From assembly GCA_000091205.1 (NCBI GenBank), contig AP006484.2: a DNA stretch of 64,000 nucleotides. One strand, given 5' to 3'. The notes below the pieces were generated by a model that saw only the letters and a program-made list of their open reading frames with translations, did not search any database and was not told the origin of the DNA. Of the stretch, positions 1-11,300 are shown piece by piece. Origin of the DNA: Cyanidioschyzon merolae. Taxonomy: Eukaryota. The position numbers and the translations under genes are program-made. Every line of letters starts with the position of its first letter. Position 1 is the first letter of the stretch.

Positions 1-731
1 CATTGGCGAGTGCTCATCAGACCAAGCAGCATCATCAACACCGTCGCGGATGTGAGCGCAGCGACGCGTCTCTGATTCAGCCCTTAGCAGAGACAACAGA
101 CCAGCGTTTTGGCGTCCGTAAAACTTATAAATGTTTACAGCGAAAGGAATCAGCTTATGACGATCCTCTAGCACTGCACATGCGAATAAGGAATGCACTC
201 TGTTGTGCTTGGAGCGCAGCATAAGCGGACGGTGTCCCGCAGACCGTCTGCCTGAAGTACTGCCAGCACCTCGTCCAGCTCGTAAGCCCCGCCTCGTACC
301 TTCTAACTCTACAGCGACACTGCTCATGGAAATAACTCGCAGTGATTGTATTGATGCTCGGATATCGTTCTCGAGCAGCAGGGTATTTATTGGCTTGCTG
401 TCAAGCAGCACTTTGCCGGAAATCCGATCATCGTGTTTACAAAGCCGCGTGTCGCGATGTCTGCCACCGAAAGCTAACGAATAAGCAACCTTTTTCTTTG
501 CGGAAATTCAACGGAACACGAACAGACGCGTCATCATTTTGGGCATGCACCATGTGTCGAGCTCGGTCACACCAGATGAGGCTCTCTGCTCACCAGTAAT
601 ACGTTTCTCTGTGGCTAGATACGTATGCCTGGGCGACTGCTTGTGCGTAAGCACGTCCATGTTCGTTTGCAAGTGCTTCGGAGTCTGCGTATGCATATGC
701 TTTTGCGTATGCATATGCTTATGCGCGTGCG

Positions 732-2561
732 TCAGCACAAGGCAATGACTTCACCTATTGCCACCAGGTTCTGGCGAAAACGGAGCACAAAACAGCCCAG
801 CTCACGGGAGCTACTAGCGAGCGCAAACGGTTGCAGCGCGATATCTTCCCCGAGCAATGCATCTCGTTCTCCGATCCCTGTACTGCCTTCCATTACACAA
901 GTTATTTCTGCGATAGAGAAAGCGTTTTCCGGGAGCCGTCGCAGCTTTTTGCGCGAACTTCCAGTATCGTCACTGTGCAATGAACGAATACGAACGATAA
1001 TGCCCCATACGGCTGCCGTAAAAAGTTCCAGTCGCTGACCTGGTAGGACGGGCATCGTTGAGGCGAGTCCAAACAGTCGGGCTCGAATGCGACTCGCGAA
1101 ACGCACACGCTGCTCTTCCGGGGCGGTGATCATGAGCGCCCCGCTGCTGGCAAACTCTCCGGCATCGGACTTGGCTCGCTGCCGCCCTCGAGCGGATAGC
1201 CGCACCGTGCCGAAACAACGACTTGGGAGCGCATCGACGGCAAGGCGTTCCGGTAGTGTCTCGATGCTGTCGAGAACGCAGTCCAGGGTATCGCCGTTTG
1301 TCCGCCAGAGTGTTACCGCTTGGCCGTCATATAGGGTGCCGGTCAGAAGCGTCCCCATGAAGGTCGTGCTGTCCGCAGCGAGCACCGCAAAGATCCCAGG
1401 CTCCCTGAGACGCGTCACGCGTGATGCGGCACTAGAGCGCAAATACCTATCCATGGCTCCCAAAAGTGACAAAGGCTCATACTCAGGTGGTCGATACCAT
1501 TCACGGAGCTGAGCAGGCGCTGTACCGTCCACGGTGTTCTCGCCGTATCGACCGCTGCACGGCACGTAAACGATTTGCTGCCAGCCAAGTTCGCCGCACA
1601 GCATGTGGTCCAGTCTTCTCCGCAGAGCCACAAAGTGTGACTCGTCGTAATGGCAGCTATCCATTTTGTTTATCGCCACCACGAGCTGCTCAACGCCAAC
1701 ATGACGAAGAATCTGGGCATGTCGCCGGGTCTGACCACGCTCATCCTCGATGGCCCAGTCAGACGCACCTGGACGCGCGTCAATAACCAGAACCCCAAGA
1801 TCCGCCAAGAACGCTCCTCGAAGAAATGCAAGCACAAAGTCCTGATGCCCAGGGCAGTCCAGAAAGCTGATCGTGAAGGTTCCATCCGGAGGCGACGCTT
1901 GACGTATAGCCATGTCCACAGTGACCCCGTGCTGCCGCTCGCTCTGCTCGCTGTCCAACATCCAAGCAAGATTAGGAGCTTCTTGGGGCGTCTGGAAAGC
2001 TCTTTGGTCAGCATGGGATAATTCTGTCAAGGTCGCGCCTCCTAGTTGTATGAGCATTTGCGCAATGAGCGTTGACTTGCCAGCGTCTACATGACCAGCG
2101 AATACAACAGTAAGATGACGGCAGCTCTGTTCCTGGAGTGCTTCAGCTAGGCGTCCTCGGCTGGAGGCAGCGTCACGCTTGGGTTTGCTCTCTTGTGGGT
2201 GCGCGGTCGGCGTCATGCGCACCGTCGCAGGTTGAGGCTGCTGTGCTGGGAGCGTCGACGTCTCTACAATCTTCGCAGAGTGCAATACACGCTTCCCCGC
2301 AACAGGATCAGACCTGTTCGACGCCTTCATGGTTGCTTTGCTGTGCACACCGACTTCTGGTGCGGTCCGAGATGCCCTTTTCGTCTTCACTGCAGGGTCC
2401 TCCCGGCTCGTAGTCGACTGGAAACTTCGCGCCGGAGGAACATGGGCACGGAGCGAATCGCCTTCCAATGAAAGAGATTCTTCGTCATCATAGGTGCCGT
2501 CATCAAGCTCGTCACGATAGTCGTCCAAAGCTTCGGCAATCTCTTGCGTCCAGCGGGGCAT
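732..2561 (-). CDS. EF1-alpha-family translational GTPase, HBS1/eRF3-like (609 aa)
   Basis: P-loop VVFAGHVDAGKSTL is present, with the G3 motif DCPGHQDF and the G4 motif NKMD. The segment NLAWMLDSEQSERQHGVTVDMA matches the eEF1A/HBS1/eRF3 switch region. The C-terminal region resembles beta-barrel domains II and III. The acidic, low-complexity N-terminal extension is typical of HBS1/eRF3/Ski7 rather than eEF1A. Confidence 0.7.
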   Translation of the reverse strand: MPRWTQEIAEALDDYRDELDDGTYDDEESLSLEGDSLRAHVPPARSFQSTTSREDPAVKTKRASRTAPEVGVHSKATMKASNRSDPVAGKRVLHSAKIVETSTLPAQQPQPATVRMTPTAHPQESKPKRDAASSRGRLAEALQEQSCRHLTVVFAGHVDAGKSTLIAQMLIQLGGATLTELSHADQRAFQTPQEAPNLAWMLDSEQSERQHGVTVDMAIRQASPPDGTFTISFLDCPGHQDFVLAFLRGAFLADLGVLVIDARPGASDWAIEDERGQTRRHAQILRHVGVEQLVVAINKMDSCHYDESHFVALRRRLDHMLCGELGWQQIVYVPCSGRYGENTVDGTAPAQLREWYRPPEYEPLSLLGAMDRYLRSSAASRVTRLREPGIFAVLAADSTTFMGTLLTGTLYDGQAVTLWRTNGDTLDCVLDSIETLPERLAVDALPSRCFGTVRLSARGRQRAKSDAGEFASSGALMITAPEEQRVRFASRIRARLFGLASTMPVLPGQRLELFTAAVWGIIVRIRSLHSDDTGSSRKKLRRLPENAFSIAEITCVMEGSTGIGERDALLGEDIALQPFALASSSRELGCFVLRFRQNLVAIGEVIALC

Positions 2562-5355
2562 ATACCTTTCCTACCCGCACAAGCGCAACGTCGAAAACGG
2601 AATTGTTTTCGCAGTCTACATACGTGGCAGAAGACCATGGAACGCTGAAGTACTCGCTCTGTTCCTGCCTTTCGATATTTTCTTGGAAGTTTTGTATACG
2701 TCTAGCCTTGGCGTTCAGAGTGAAGCAATAAGAGCATATGGATTCGTACGTTGGTTTAGAATTCTGGGTCGTGGATTCGGGTTAGCTCCTTCGACATTTG
2801 CCACTGGAATCCGTTACGAACACGGGTAAAGAGATGATTTACGACATCACCGAATCAGGGGTGATAGCGCAACAGACATCGTTATCCAGTGTATACAGGC
2901 TGGAATCCAATGTCATCTTTTCCTTGCGTTTAACATGATGGGGTCACATATCCGTCAAGTTTTCCAGCTTTCGCTCTCAAGGCAACTCGTGAGCGCAGGT
3001 ATTCGCCGCACTGGTTCGACGAGGAAGAATACTCGACTTTGTCACTCTTTGACTTGTTCAAAAGCTCACGTGACGATACTGCTCTGGAATCGCCCCGTAT
3101 AATACTCGACTCTGTTCAAAACATGAATCATACCGTTTTTGTAGACACCGACGAATTCGTAATCACCAGCACCAGCATGATCCACCTAACAGTATACGCC
3201 CTTAGCGACTCCCGTTTCTTCTATTCTGTTCCATTGGAAATGCAAAAACTGGAATTGGACTTGAATCATCGTAGCGATCGACTCCAGTGGGGCATGCGTT
3301 ACCGCTTTGCACAAACCGAGCGATCGCTGATCAAAATTGCTCTACTTGCACCCCAACATGGATTTCCTTTCCCGTGCTTGGTTCATCGTTGACAACACCA
3401 TGTTCCGGGAAACCGCCATCGAGCATGACAGTGTGCGGTCGCGCATGTATCGGACAGAGTACGAAAAGCGAGAATCGACCAGAAGAAGGTTACGATCGTC
3501 GGGCATGGCTCTGGACGTGGAAACGGAGGGCATCGAGTCGAGCCCTCTGTCCACGTCGAGGTCGTATACCGAGCAATGAAGAAAGCCTTCAAGCTGAGGT
3601 GGCCACCAGGGTAGAGAATATGGGAGACACATGGGGAAATGTTAGCAAAATACAAGTGTCACCGTTGCGAAGGGCGCACCAAGGCTTACGACAAAGAGCG
3701 TAAACATAGCGAGAGAAACCTTCACCGGAATCGTCGTCTGTTCATGAAACGCATAGCCCACAGCCTGAACCAGATAAGTCACGACTCGAACGCTGTCATG
3801 AACATCCCTCCATTGCTGGAAGCGGATCTAGGAGTAAAAGAGTTTCCAACGTATTAGACGCAGTAGATAAGCGCGCGGAAAGGTAGCTGTCGCAGAAGAA
3901 ACCAGGATGGGCTGGTATTGATGACGCGAGGAATACGCCAAAGATTCGTGTGTGTACGCCTCAGTTAGACGACTCGTTCCATTCTACTCTGACGAGGGCG
4001 CAGCGAAACGACGCGAGCTCTCAGCCGCATCGTACAACCCTAGCGGGGTGCGGATGCTCCAGAGAACCCTGTCCACGTACAAGCTTTCCATGATTTTAGA
4101 TACCATTCGCTAGAGGTAAATATGGATTGACTAGGTAGCTCTAATTGCCGAGTTGCAGCTTTCAGAGGCATCTCAGGCGACGCGAGAACTTTTCAGTTGG
4201 ACACAGAACGCGCTGCGTCTTTCGGTTCCGAGTACGTTCAGTTCCAGATCCGAGACTGCGTCCTGCCATGATACTTGTCCCGTGCGCATTTAGGATAAGG
4301 GAGGGCTTTTCTGTGGTTTGTCCCCGTTAAGAAAGGACGTTCGGAAAGGTGGAACCTTCCTATACAACATATGCATATGGGTTAGTGGCGATACGTCGCC
4401 GCTGTGCATTCCGTGGAGGTTCGGTCCCAGTGCCGCCTCCACCGCAGTCGAATGGTGTCCGTGTGAGTCGATGCCTCACGGCCTTGCATTGCACACAAAC
4501 ATGGAACATGGAAACGTGATCTTGTTAGAAAAGCTCCTGGGCAACCAAGCTGAAGCCTTACTCTACTTCAACGACGGTAGGAGTGCACAGTCTCGCTTCA
4601 TATCGCCCGTAAATGTGGATATCATCGAGGACGCACCAATCGCAATGTGAACGGGCTCCAGCCCAGGAAACAATAGACTCGACATGAAAACACGGGAATG
4701 AAACAGCACATTTGATGTTGCCGCCTTCCTAATCCATTCGAAACAGCTCACGTGGCACAATTGCCTTGTTGAGTAGCGTCGCTCATTTTCAGACAGACCT
4801 GAACGGGTGTACAAATTTAGGGGTCAAGAGCAAGGTTCGCTCTGGAATGCGCGCCCGGAGGCTTGCTTTGGAAACAAACTTAAACAAGAAGCTCCTCTAT
4901 ACCGTCCAACTATGTGTCATGATGCGTTTTTTCATCATCAGAGCAAGATATGCTGGACAGAGCACCTTGTCCGGCGCATGAGCGGTACGCCCACCGAGTC
5001 CTCCGGAATACACGGGGGATACCTGCAGCGCTCGCTGCCATACTCCCGTGTTTGCAGGACATCGGAGTTCAGCTTCGCTGCAACAAGCACAAAACGCCTT
5101 GATTGTTTGTCTGTCCTGAACTTTTTATAGTGTCTTCGGAACGGTAGCAGAGGCATATTTAACTTACGGAGACTTTTCGGGAACGAGGACCCACAGACGC
5201 TTTTCTCGAGCGGAAACCCGGTGCAGACACCGTCTCTGGTATCCCTGAGTTGGGGTTCACGCGAATCGGCAACCAGTGTCTGGTGTCGCTTTGGAGGGCC
5301 CATTCAAGCGCCTTGCTCGGTACGCTTCACGTGAGCGCTGCTCGAAGAGCCGAGT

Positions 5356-7554
5356 TTGCCGGCGAATCCCCGAGGAAAGCGAATGCAGCAGGTGATACCC
5401 GGAGCGGTTCCCGGGCGTCAGTGGTTGCTTGCGCTCCGCCGGCACTCGAGAGCGCTCTTCCGGTGTTGGAGCAGCCGTTGTGGTAGGGTGTACGATGTCA
5501 TCGTTATTGGTGGAGGCCATGCGGGCACTGAGGCAGCCGCCGCAGCCGCACGAAAGGGTGCAAGAACAGCGCTCTTGAGCCCGAGGCTGGACAGAATCGG
5601 GGTCATGTCGTGTAATCCTTCCATCGGAGGAGTCGGCAAAGGCCATATGGTGCGAGAAATGGATGCGCTTGGCGGCCTCATGGGCAGAGCTTCCGACGAA
5701 TCATGTATGCAAACTCGTGTACTTAACCAGAGCCGAGGTCCAGCGACCCGCGCCCCGAGACACCAATGTGATCGTCGACTCTACCGCTTGGCGATCCAGA
5801 GGGCGTTACAACAATTGACCGAAACGAATCTCACACTCATCGAGACAGCCGTACAGGACCTTGATATTGAGAGGCTGCAGCCGTCGTCCGCGCACGCTAC
5901 AGAACCCGCCTGGCGTTGTCGTGGAGTCATCTGCGCTGACGGCAGTATGATACGAGCTACGGCCGTTGTACTCACGACGGGCACATTCCTCAACGGTCTC
6001 ATGTATTTAGGTGCCGATAAGACAGTAGCGGGAGGTCGACTTGGCGAGGACTCGCGGAGCGATCAAATGTTCATGGGCTCTGGCGAGTTACACCAATCAA
6101 CGGGAGCGTCCACCTCTGAGGCAAGCCGTCGAGTGTCGGTGAATGATGCACGCGGGAGTCTTTCGCAGCTGGGCCATACGTTGGCGAATGTGCTCCAGTT
6201 GCGAATGGGACGCCTCAAAACCGGCACACCGCCGCGACTTGACGCCTCAACGGTGCGACTCGACGGACTCGAGCGGCAGGACAGCGATCCCGCCTTGCCG
6301 AGGTTCCAGTTTATGCCGCCGGAGCCCTGCCACTTGGAAGCACTCGTGGCTCGTCTGCAGCCGTGTTATCGAACCGCTACCCGACCAGAAACGCACGAGC
6401 TCGTTCGAGAAGCCACAGAGGCAGGGCTCTCACCGCAGTACCGAGGCGGAGGCCGTGGACCTCGCTACTGTCCATCGTTGGAGGCCAAGGTGCAGCGCTT
6501 CGCCCAGCGGGATGCGCATCCTGTTTGGCTAGAGCCAGAGTATACGCCCCAGAGTGCTGCACTGGAAAACTTGCCGCAAAATATAATCTATCCAAACGGT
6601 ATTTCGATGGCATTGCCTCCGGACGTCCAGCAGCGCATCCTTCGAACTATTCCGGGCCTGGAGCAGGCTCGCATCCTCCGTTATGGGTACGCTGTAGAGT
6701 ACGACTACGTGGATCCCCGTCAGTTGCGCGGACCCACTCTGGAACTGCGCTGCTGTGAGGGTCTCTATCTGGCGGGCCAGATTAACGGCACAACGGGGTA
6801 TGAAGAGGCTGCTGCTCAGGGTTTGGTTGCTGGTGCAAATGCCGCCGCCAAGGCAGGCTTCGGGAACGCTCTCCTCTTAAGCCGCGGTGATGCGTATATT
6901 GGGGTGCTCATCGATGATCTGCTGCGCACTGGAGTGACCGAGCCGTACCGCATGCTCACTGTTCGCTCTGAGTATCGCCTGCACTTGCGAGCGGATAACG
7001 CAGACCTCCGTCTGACCCCGATTGGCATCGAGTGCGGGCTTGTTGGACCTGCACAGACAAAATATTTTGAAAAAAAGCGTGAGCGACTCGAGGATGCGTT
7101 GCAGCAACTGAGTCGCATTCGCTATTCAGCGGCAGATTGGAAGAAACGCGTACCTGAAAGCCTTGCAGCAGTGCTGGGTGCTGACGGACGAGTATACTCC
7201 GCACTGGAGATGCTTGCGCACCCGGGGATCCAACTGGTGAACTTACGCCTGCCAGTAATGATTGATTCTGATCTGCACGACGTGATTGAGGCACAGTGCT
7301 TGTATCGACAGTATCTTGCTCGCCAGGAGTCACAGGCGATGCGGCTCAGACGCGACGAGGCATTATCATTGCGAGGTGTGGTGTTCGCGGATATGCCGAG
7401 CCTCTCCGCAGAGGCCAAAGAGAAACTACAGCAACGACAGCCGGCAACACTGGGTGAGGCTGCTCGAATCGAGGGTATCACACCGACTGCATTGCTTTTA
7501 TTGCAGGCACAGGCTTTACGAAATGCACGGGAGTCGTCGAGCACCAGTCCCTGA
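5356..7554 (+). CDS. MTO1: tRNA uridine 5-carboxymethylaminomethyl modification enzyme MnmG/GidA (mitochondrial MTO1-type)
   Basis: FAD-binding N-terminus [16 protein letters not shown] is the GidA signature. A long C-terminal helical domain ends in ...[12 protein letters not shown]. The basic N-terminal approximately 40 aa before the Rossmann fold is consistent with an organellar presequence, so the true start may be an internal Met. Confidence 0.85.
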   Translation: MPANPRGKRMQQVIPGAVPGRQWLLALRRHSRALFRCWSSRCGRVYDVIVIGGGHAGTEAAAAAARKGARTALLSPRLDRIGVMSCNPSIGGVGKGHMVREMDALGGLMGRASDESCMQTRVLNQSRGPATRAPRHQCDRRLYRLAIQRALQQLTETNLTLIETAVQDLDIERLQPSSAHATEPAWRCRGVICADGSMIRATAVVLTTGTFLNGLMYLGADKTVAGGRLGEDSRSDQMFMGSGELHQSTGASTSEASRRVSVNDARGSLSQLGHTLANVLQLRMGRLKTGTPPRLDASTVRLDGLERQDSDPALPRFQFMPPEPCHLEALVARLQPCYRTATRPETHELVREATEAGLSPQYRGGGRGPRYCPSLEAKVQRFAQRDAHPVWLEPEYTPQSAALENLPQNIIYPNGISMALPPDVQQRILRTIPGLEQARILRYGYAVEYDYVDPRQLRGPTLELRCCEGLYLAGQINGTTGYEEAAAQGLVAGANAAAKAGFGNALLLSRGDAYIGVLIDDLLRTGVTEPYRMLTVRSEYRLHLRADNADLRLTPIGIECGLVGPAQTKYFEKKRERLEDALQQLSRIRYSAADWKKRVPESLAAVLGADGRVYSALEMLAHPGIQLVNLRLPVMIDSDLHDVIEAQCLYRQYLARQESQAMRLRRDEALSLRGVVFADMPSLSAEAKEKLQQRQPATLGEAARIEGITPTALLLLQAQALRNARESSSTSP

Positions 7555-8337
7555 TGGACCGATGTGCCGAGACGCTGCGGCTGGTACGGTCTCGGAGTGA
7601 ATTGTGGCTGCGTTAACTGCACGTCATGCACGATTCCAGGCGTTGCTCGTTTTTAGAGACTTGTTTGCTAAGATCATGTTTTTGTAGTACCGCGTGGGCT
7701 ATGGCAGACACTGGGAATTTTAGTGGATAGGAAGCTGCCCAGAAGAACCACTTTCGGTTGCGCATGGACGGTAACAGAGTTTTGCGGTGTCATTGAACAA
7801 ATGGTGCACGCTCTGGGGATGTACAAGTGCACGCGTTGCCGAAGACGCTGCGTCAATGCCTCTCTGTGTACGCAGCGTGCATCGACCTTGCAAGCGGGGC
7901 CAGCTGCGGTGACGCAGTGCCCGCCCGAGCACGACACTGTAAATGTATAGCTACGCTGATGACCGGCGATTTTCGGGTGCATGTGCTGGTACCACAGTTC
8001 TCTGGTGCCGGCCAGTCTCGGGAAGAGACTAGCTGATCGCATGGCGTCCAAGAACACCCGACGCATGCCTCGTGCTCGTTGTCACCGCTTTGAGAGAACA
8101 TTGATCGCCACGAACTCGGGCGGTAGAGATGAGTATCTGGAACCTCTCGCGCTGCAGCTTTCGTGCATGGACCAACACGCTTTAGTCATTTTTCAGCGAG
8201 CGATCACGCCACTGCTGCTCCCGTCACACAACATCGTTCACCCCGAACTGTTGCGTGCCATGAACGCTTCGCAATGCACGTGACCGACTACTAGGCGAAC
8301 CCCTTTCTTCCCCAGAGTGCCTCGAAAACAATCCCAT

Positions 8338-11300
8338 TTACAAGACACCTTCCAACTGAGCATCAATGTCCTCGTAAAGTGCCCGAAGTTTGGCGAGTCG
8401 TTCCTCATCCGGATGTCGCCAGATGCCGCGCCCGGCTGCCTCCAGCAAACGGCCGACGATGTTGCGAAATGCCTCTGGGTTACTCTGACGTAGCCGCTGA
8501 GCTATCTCCTCATTCAGGGCATACTGATCGGCGGCTTGTTCGTAAACAAAGTCGTCGCCAAAGTCGGCGACACCACCCCAGCCCAACAGCGCCGTCATTC
8601 GTTGTGAAACCTCGTAGGCACCGCCACTGCCCTGCGTAACCATTTTCTCTGCCCAACGCGGATTCAGCAGCTTCGACCGGTACTCTAAGCGCAACAGCTC
8701 TTCCAGATCTCGAGGTCGGCGAGTCGACGCATTTCCAAACGACTCCACGAACGACGCTGTGACTTTTGCGTTGGCATCGCCGGAAACTCTCCGCTTTCGC
8801 ATTTGGGCTGCTCGCGCTAGCGCACCGGTGTTTGCATAGTACTCCTGGATATCGGTCAGGCCGTACTCCACGGAGTCTATCTGTTGGACCACGCGATCCA
8901 CGGTGCCCAGCAGACGCTCGAAGAGCTCTGGTCGCTGTTTCCCCCGCTCACCGCGACCGTAACTGAATGCGTTCCGGGAGACGAAGGTATCGGCGAGCTC
9001 ATCGCCCGACTGCCATGTAGAGGTCTCGACGCGGTCTGCAACCAAAGAACCAAACTCTGACGGAGGATTCGACCAGAGACGTCGTGGGCGTCCGGCTTCG
9101 CGCTCATTATCGTAGTGCTTTTTGATGTAGTTCTGTTCTGGGGTCTCATCGGGCACCGTGGCCGCCCGTGCGAAAAGATCATCCAGCAGACAGACGACGT
9201 GCTCGAAAGCATCGCGGAAGATACCACTCAGGCTACAGAGCACGTCAATGCGCGGGTGCGAGAGCATCGACAGCGGCACCAGTTCGAAGCGCACGATGCG
9301 GCCGGTAGCTTCACGAACAGGCTCTGCCCCGACCAATTCCAGGACTGTACCGATGGACTCACCGCGCGTCTTGATGGAGTCGAGTCCCCAGAGCATTACC
9401 GCCACCGTCTCTGGGAAAGTTCCCGGATGTTTCTCTTGGTGCTGGGCGATGATGGCGCGGGCAATCTCTGCTCCCCGCTGAAAGGCAATCCACGTCGGTA
9501 CTCGATACGGATCCAGCGCGTGAATATTGCGTCCAGTGGGCAAGACGGCGGGTCCATCACGAATCAGGTCACCTCCGGGAGCCGGTGGAATATACTGACC
9601 CTGCAGCGCTCTGATAATGTTCTGGATTTCATCCGTCCGCTGCTGGAGCAGACGCTGCAGCTCCTGCGGCTGCCACGAACGCTGTTCCGCCGGCTGCTGC
9701 TCCGCTAGCGCCGCGACATACTTCTCCATATCTGCAGCACTGGGCGGCATGCCGAGGATATGCAATCCTTCTGCAAAGAGACGGTTCTCCAGTTCAGCAA
9801 GATAGGTTTTCAACTTGGCTGCGTCGGCCGCCAGTTGGTCGAGATCGTTTGCCTCAAGTCCCTGGAGCGGGAGATCGCAGTCGAGACCCGCCTGCTCGAT
9901 GGATGCTCGCAGGCTCTCAACAACGAGGGCGTCCAATGCCTGCTTCCCGGACGCGGAAGCCGCCTGGAGTTCCTCTTCGAGCTCCCGTAGCTGATCACGC
10001 ACGTTCAGAAGTTGACCGTAGAGGCCAGCACGCCCATACGGAGGCACACCGTGCGAGATGAGCGTCGCGTAGGCCCTGCGCTTCGCCAGTGTACTTTCAC
10101 TCGGATTATTCTGGGCGTAGACGTAGATGTGGGGCAAGTCTCGAAACAGCAAATCGGGAAACGACGTATCATCATTGCCGAGGGGTAAGCCAGGTAGCCA
10201 CTCTGCGGTGCCGTGCATGCCCAGATGGATCACTGCATCAAAGTTGCGACGAATCCACAGATAAAACGCTAGATACTGGGGATGTGGTGTGGCGTCGCGT
10301 TCAAACAGCAGTCGCATTGGATCGCCTTGGATGCCCACTGGAGGCTGAACTCCCAGCCAGATATTTCCGAGCGAGACACCTCCGAGGCAAAGGTACGCAC
10401 CTAGACGTTTGATATCGGAACGCGTCAGGGACCCGCCCCAGTTCTTGGCTACCCGCGTGGCAATCTCCCTGGGCAGCCAGGACTGTAGCTCATCGGCGTG
10501 CACGGTGGTGATCTTGTCCACCGGCACGCCGCTACCCTCCACGACTTGGTCTGCAGCGCGAATGGCCTCAAGAAGCCGCTCACCGGACTCGTCTTCCAAG
10601 AAAGATTGGTATACTTCGGGGGCTCCCAAGTTGAATCCGGCCTCGTGAAGCGCACGCAGCAGACGAACCAGCGAGCGTGGTACATTCAGCAATGCCGCCG
10701 TGCCCGTTGCACCGGCGCCCGGTGGAAAGCCGTACACTACAACAGCGATGCGTTTCTCCTGGTTCGGTTTGCATGCCAGACTCGTCCAACGACGAATACG
10801 CTCCGCTAGGACGCGCACACGATCCGGGAGAAGCACGATTCGATCACCAACGAGTCCACCGAGCACAATCGTATCGATCGCTCCATCCAGTTCAGGCAGG
10901 GCATACAGCACAATCGACTGGAGTCCAACGACTCCGTTCTGTTGCCATGACTCGAGGTCCTGAATGAGCAGCGGCGCCGCCACCATATACGGTACACCCT
11001 TGGCGCTGAGGAGGCGTCGAGCTACTTCTGTCTGTCGACCTGCTTCCATGGTGCCTGCTGGTCCGCCAACGAGCGGAAACCCGATCGTACTGACAATAAC
11101 ATCAACGCGTGCTGCATCGGGTTCACGGAGGGAGGTCTCACGAATGCCACGACGTCGTTGCGCTAGTTCATAACTGGTCGTGAAGAGATCGCGCACAACC
11201 ATATGTGCCTCTACGCCATTGATGAACACAGGCACAGGGAGGATACCTGCCTCCTCGAGAGCCAAGATAAGTTCCCGAATATACGACTGTTCAGAGATGA

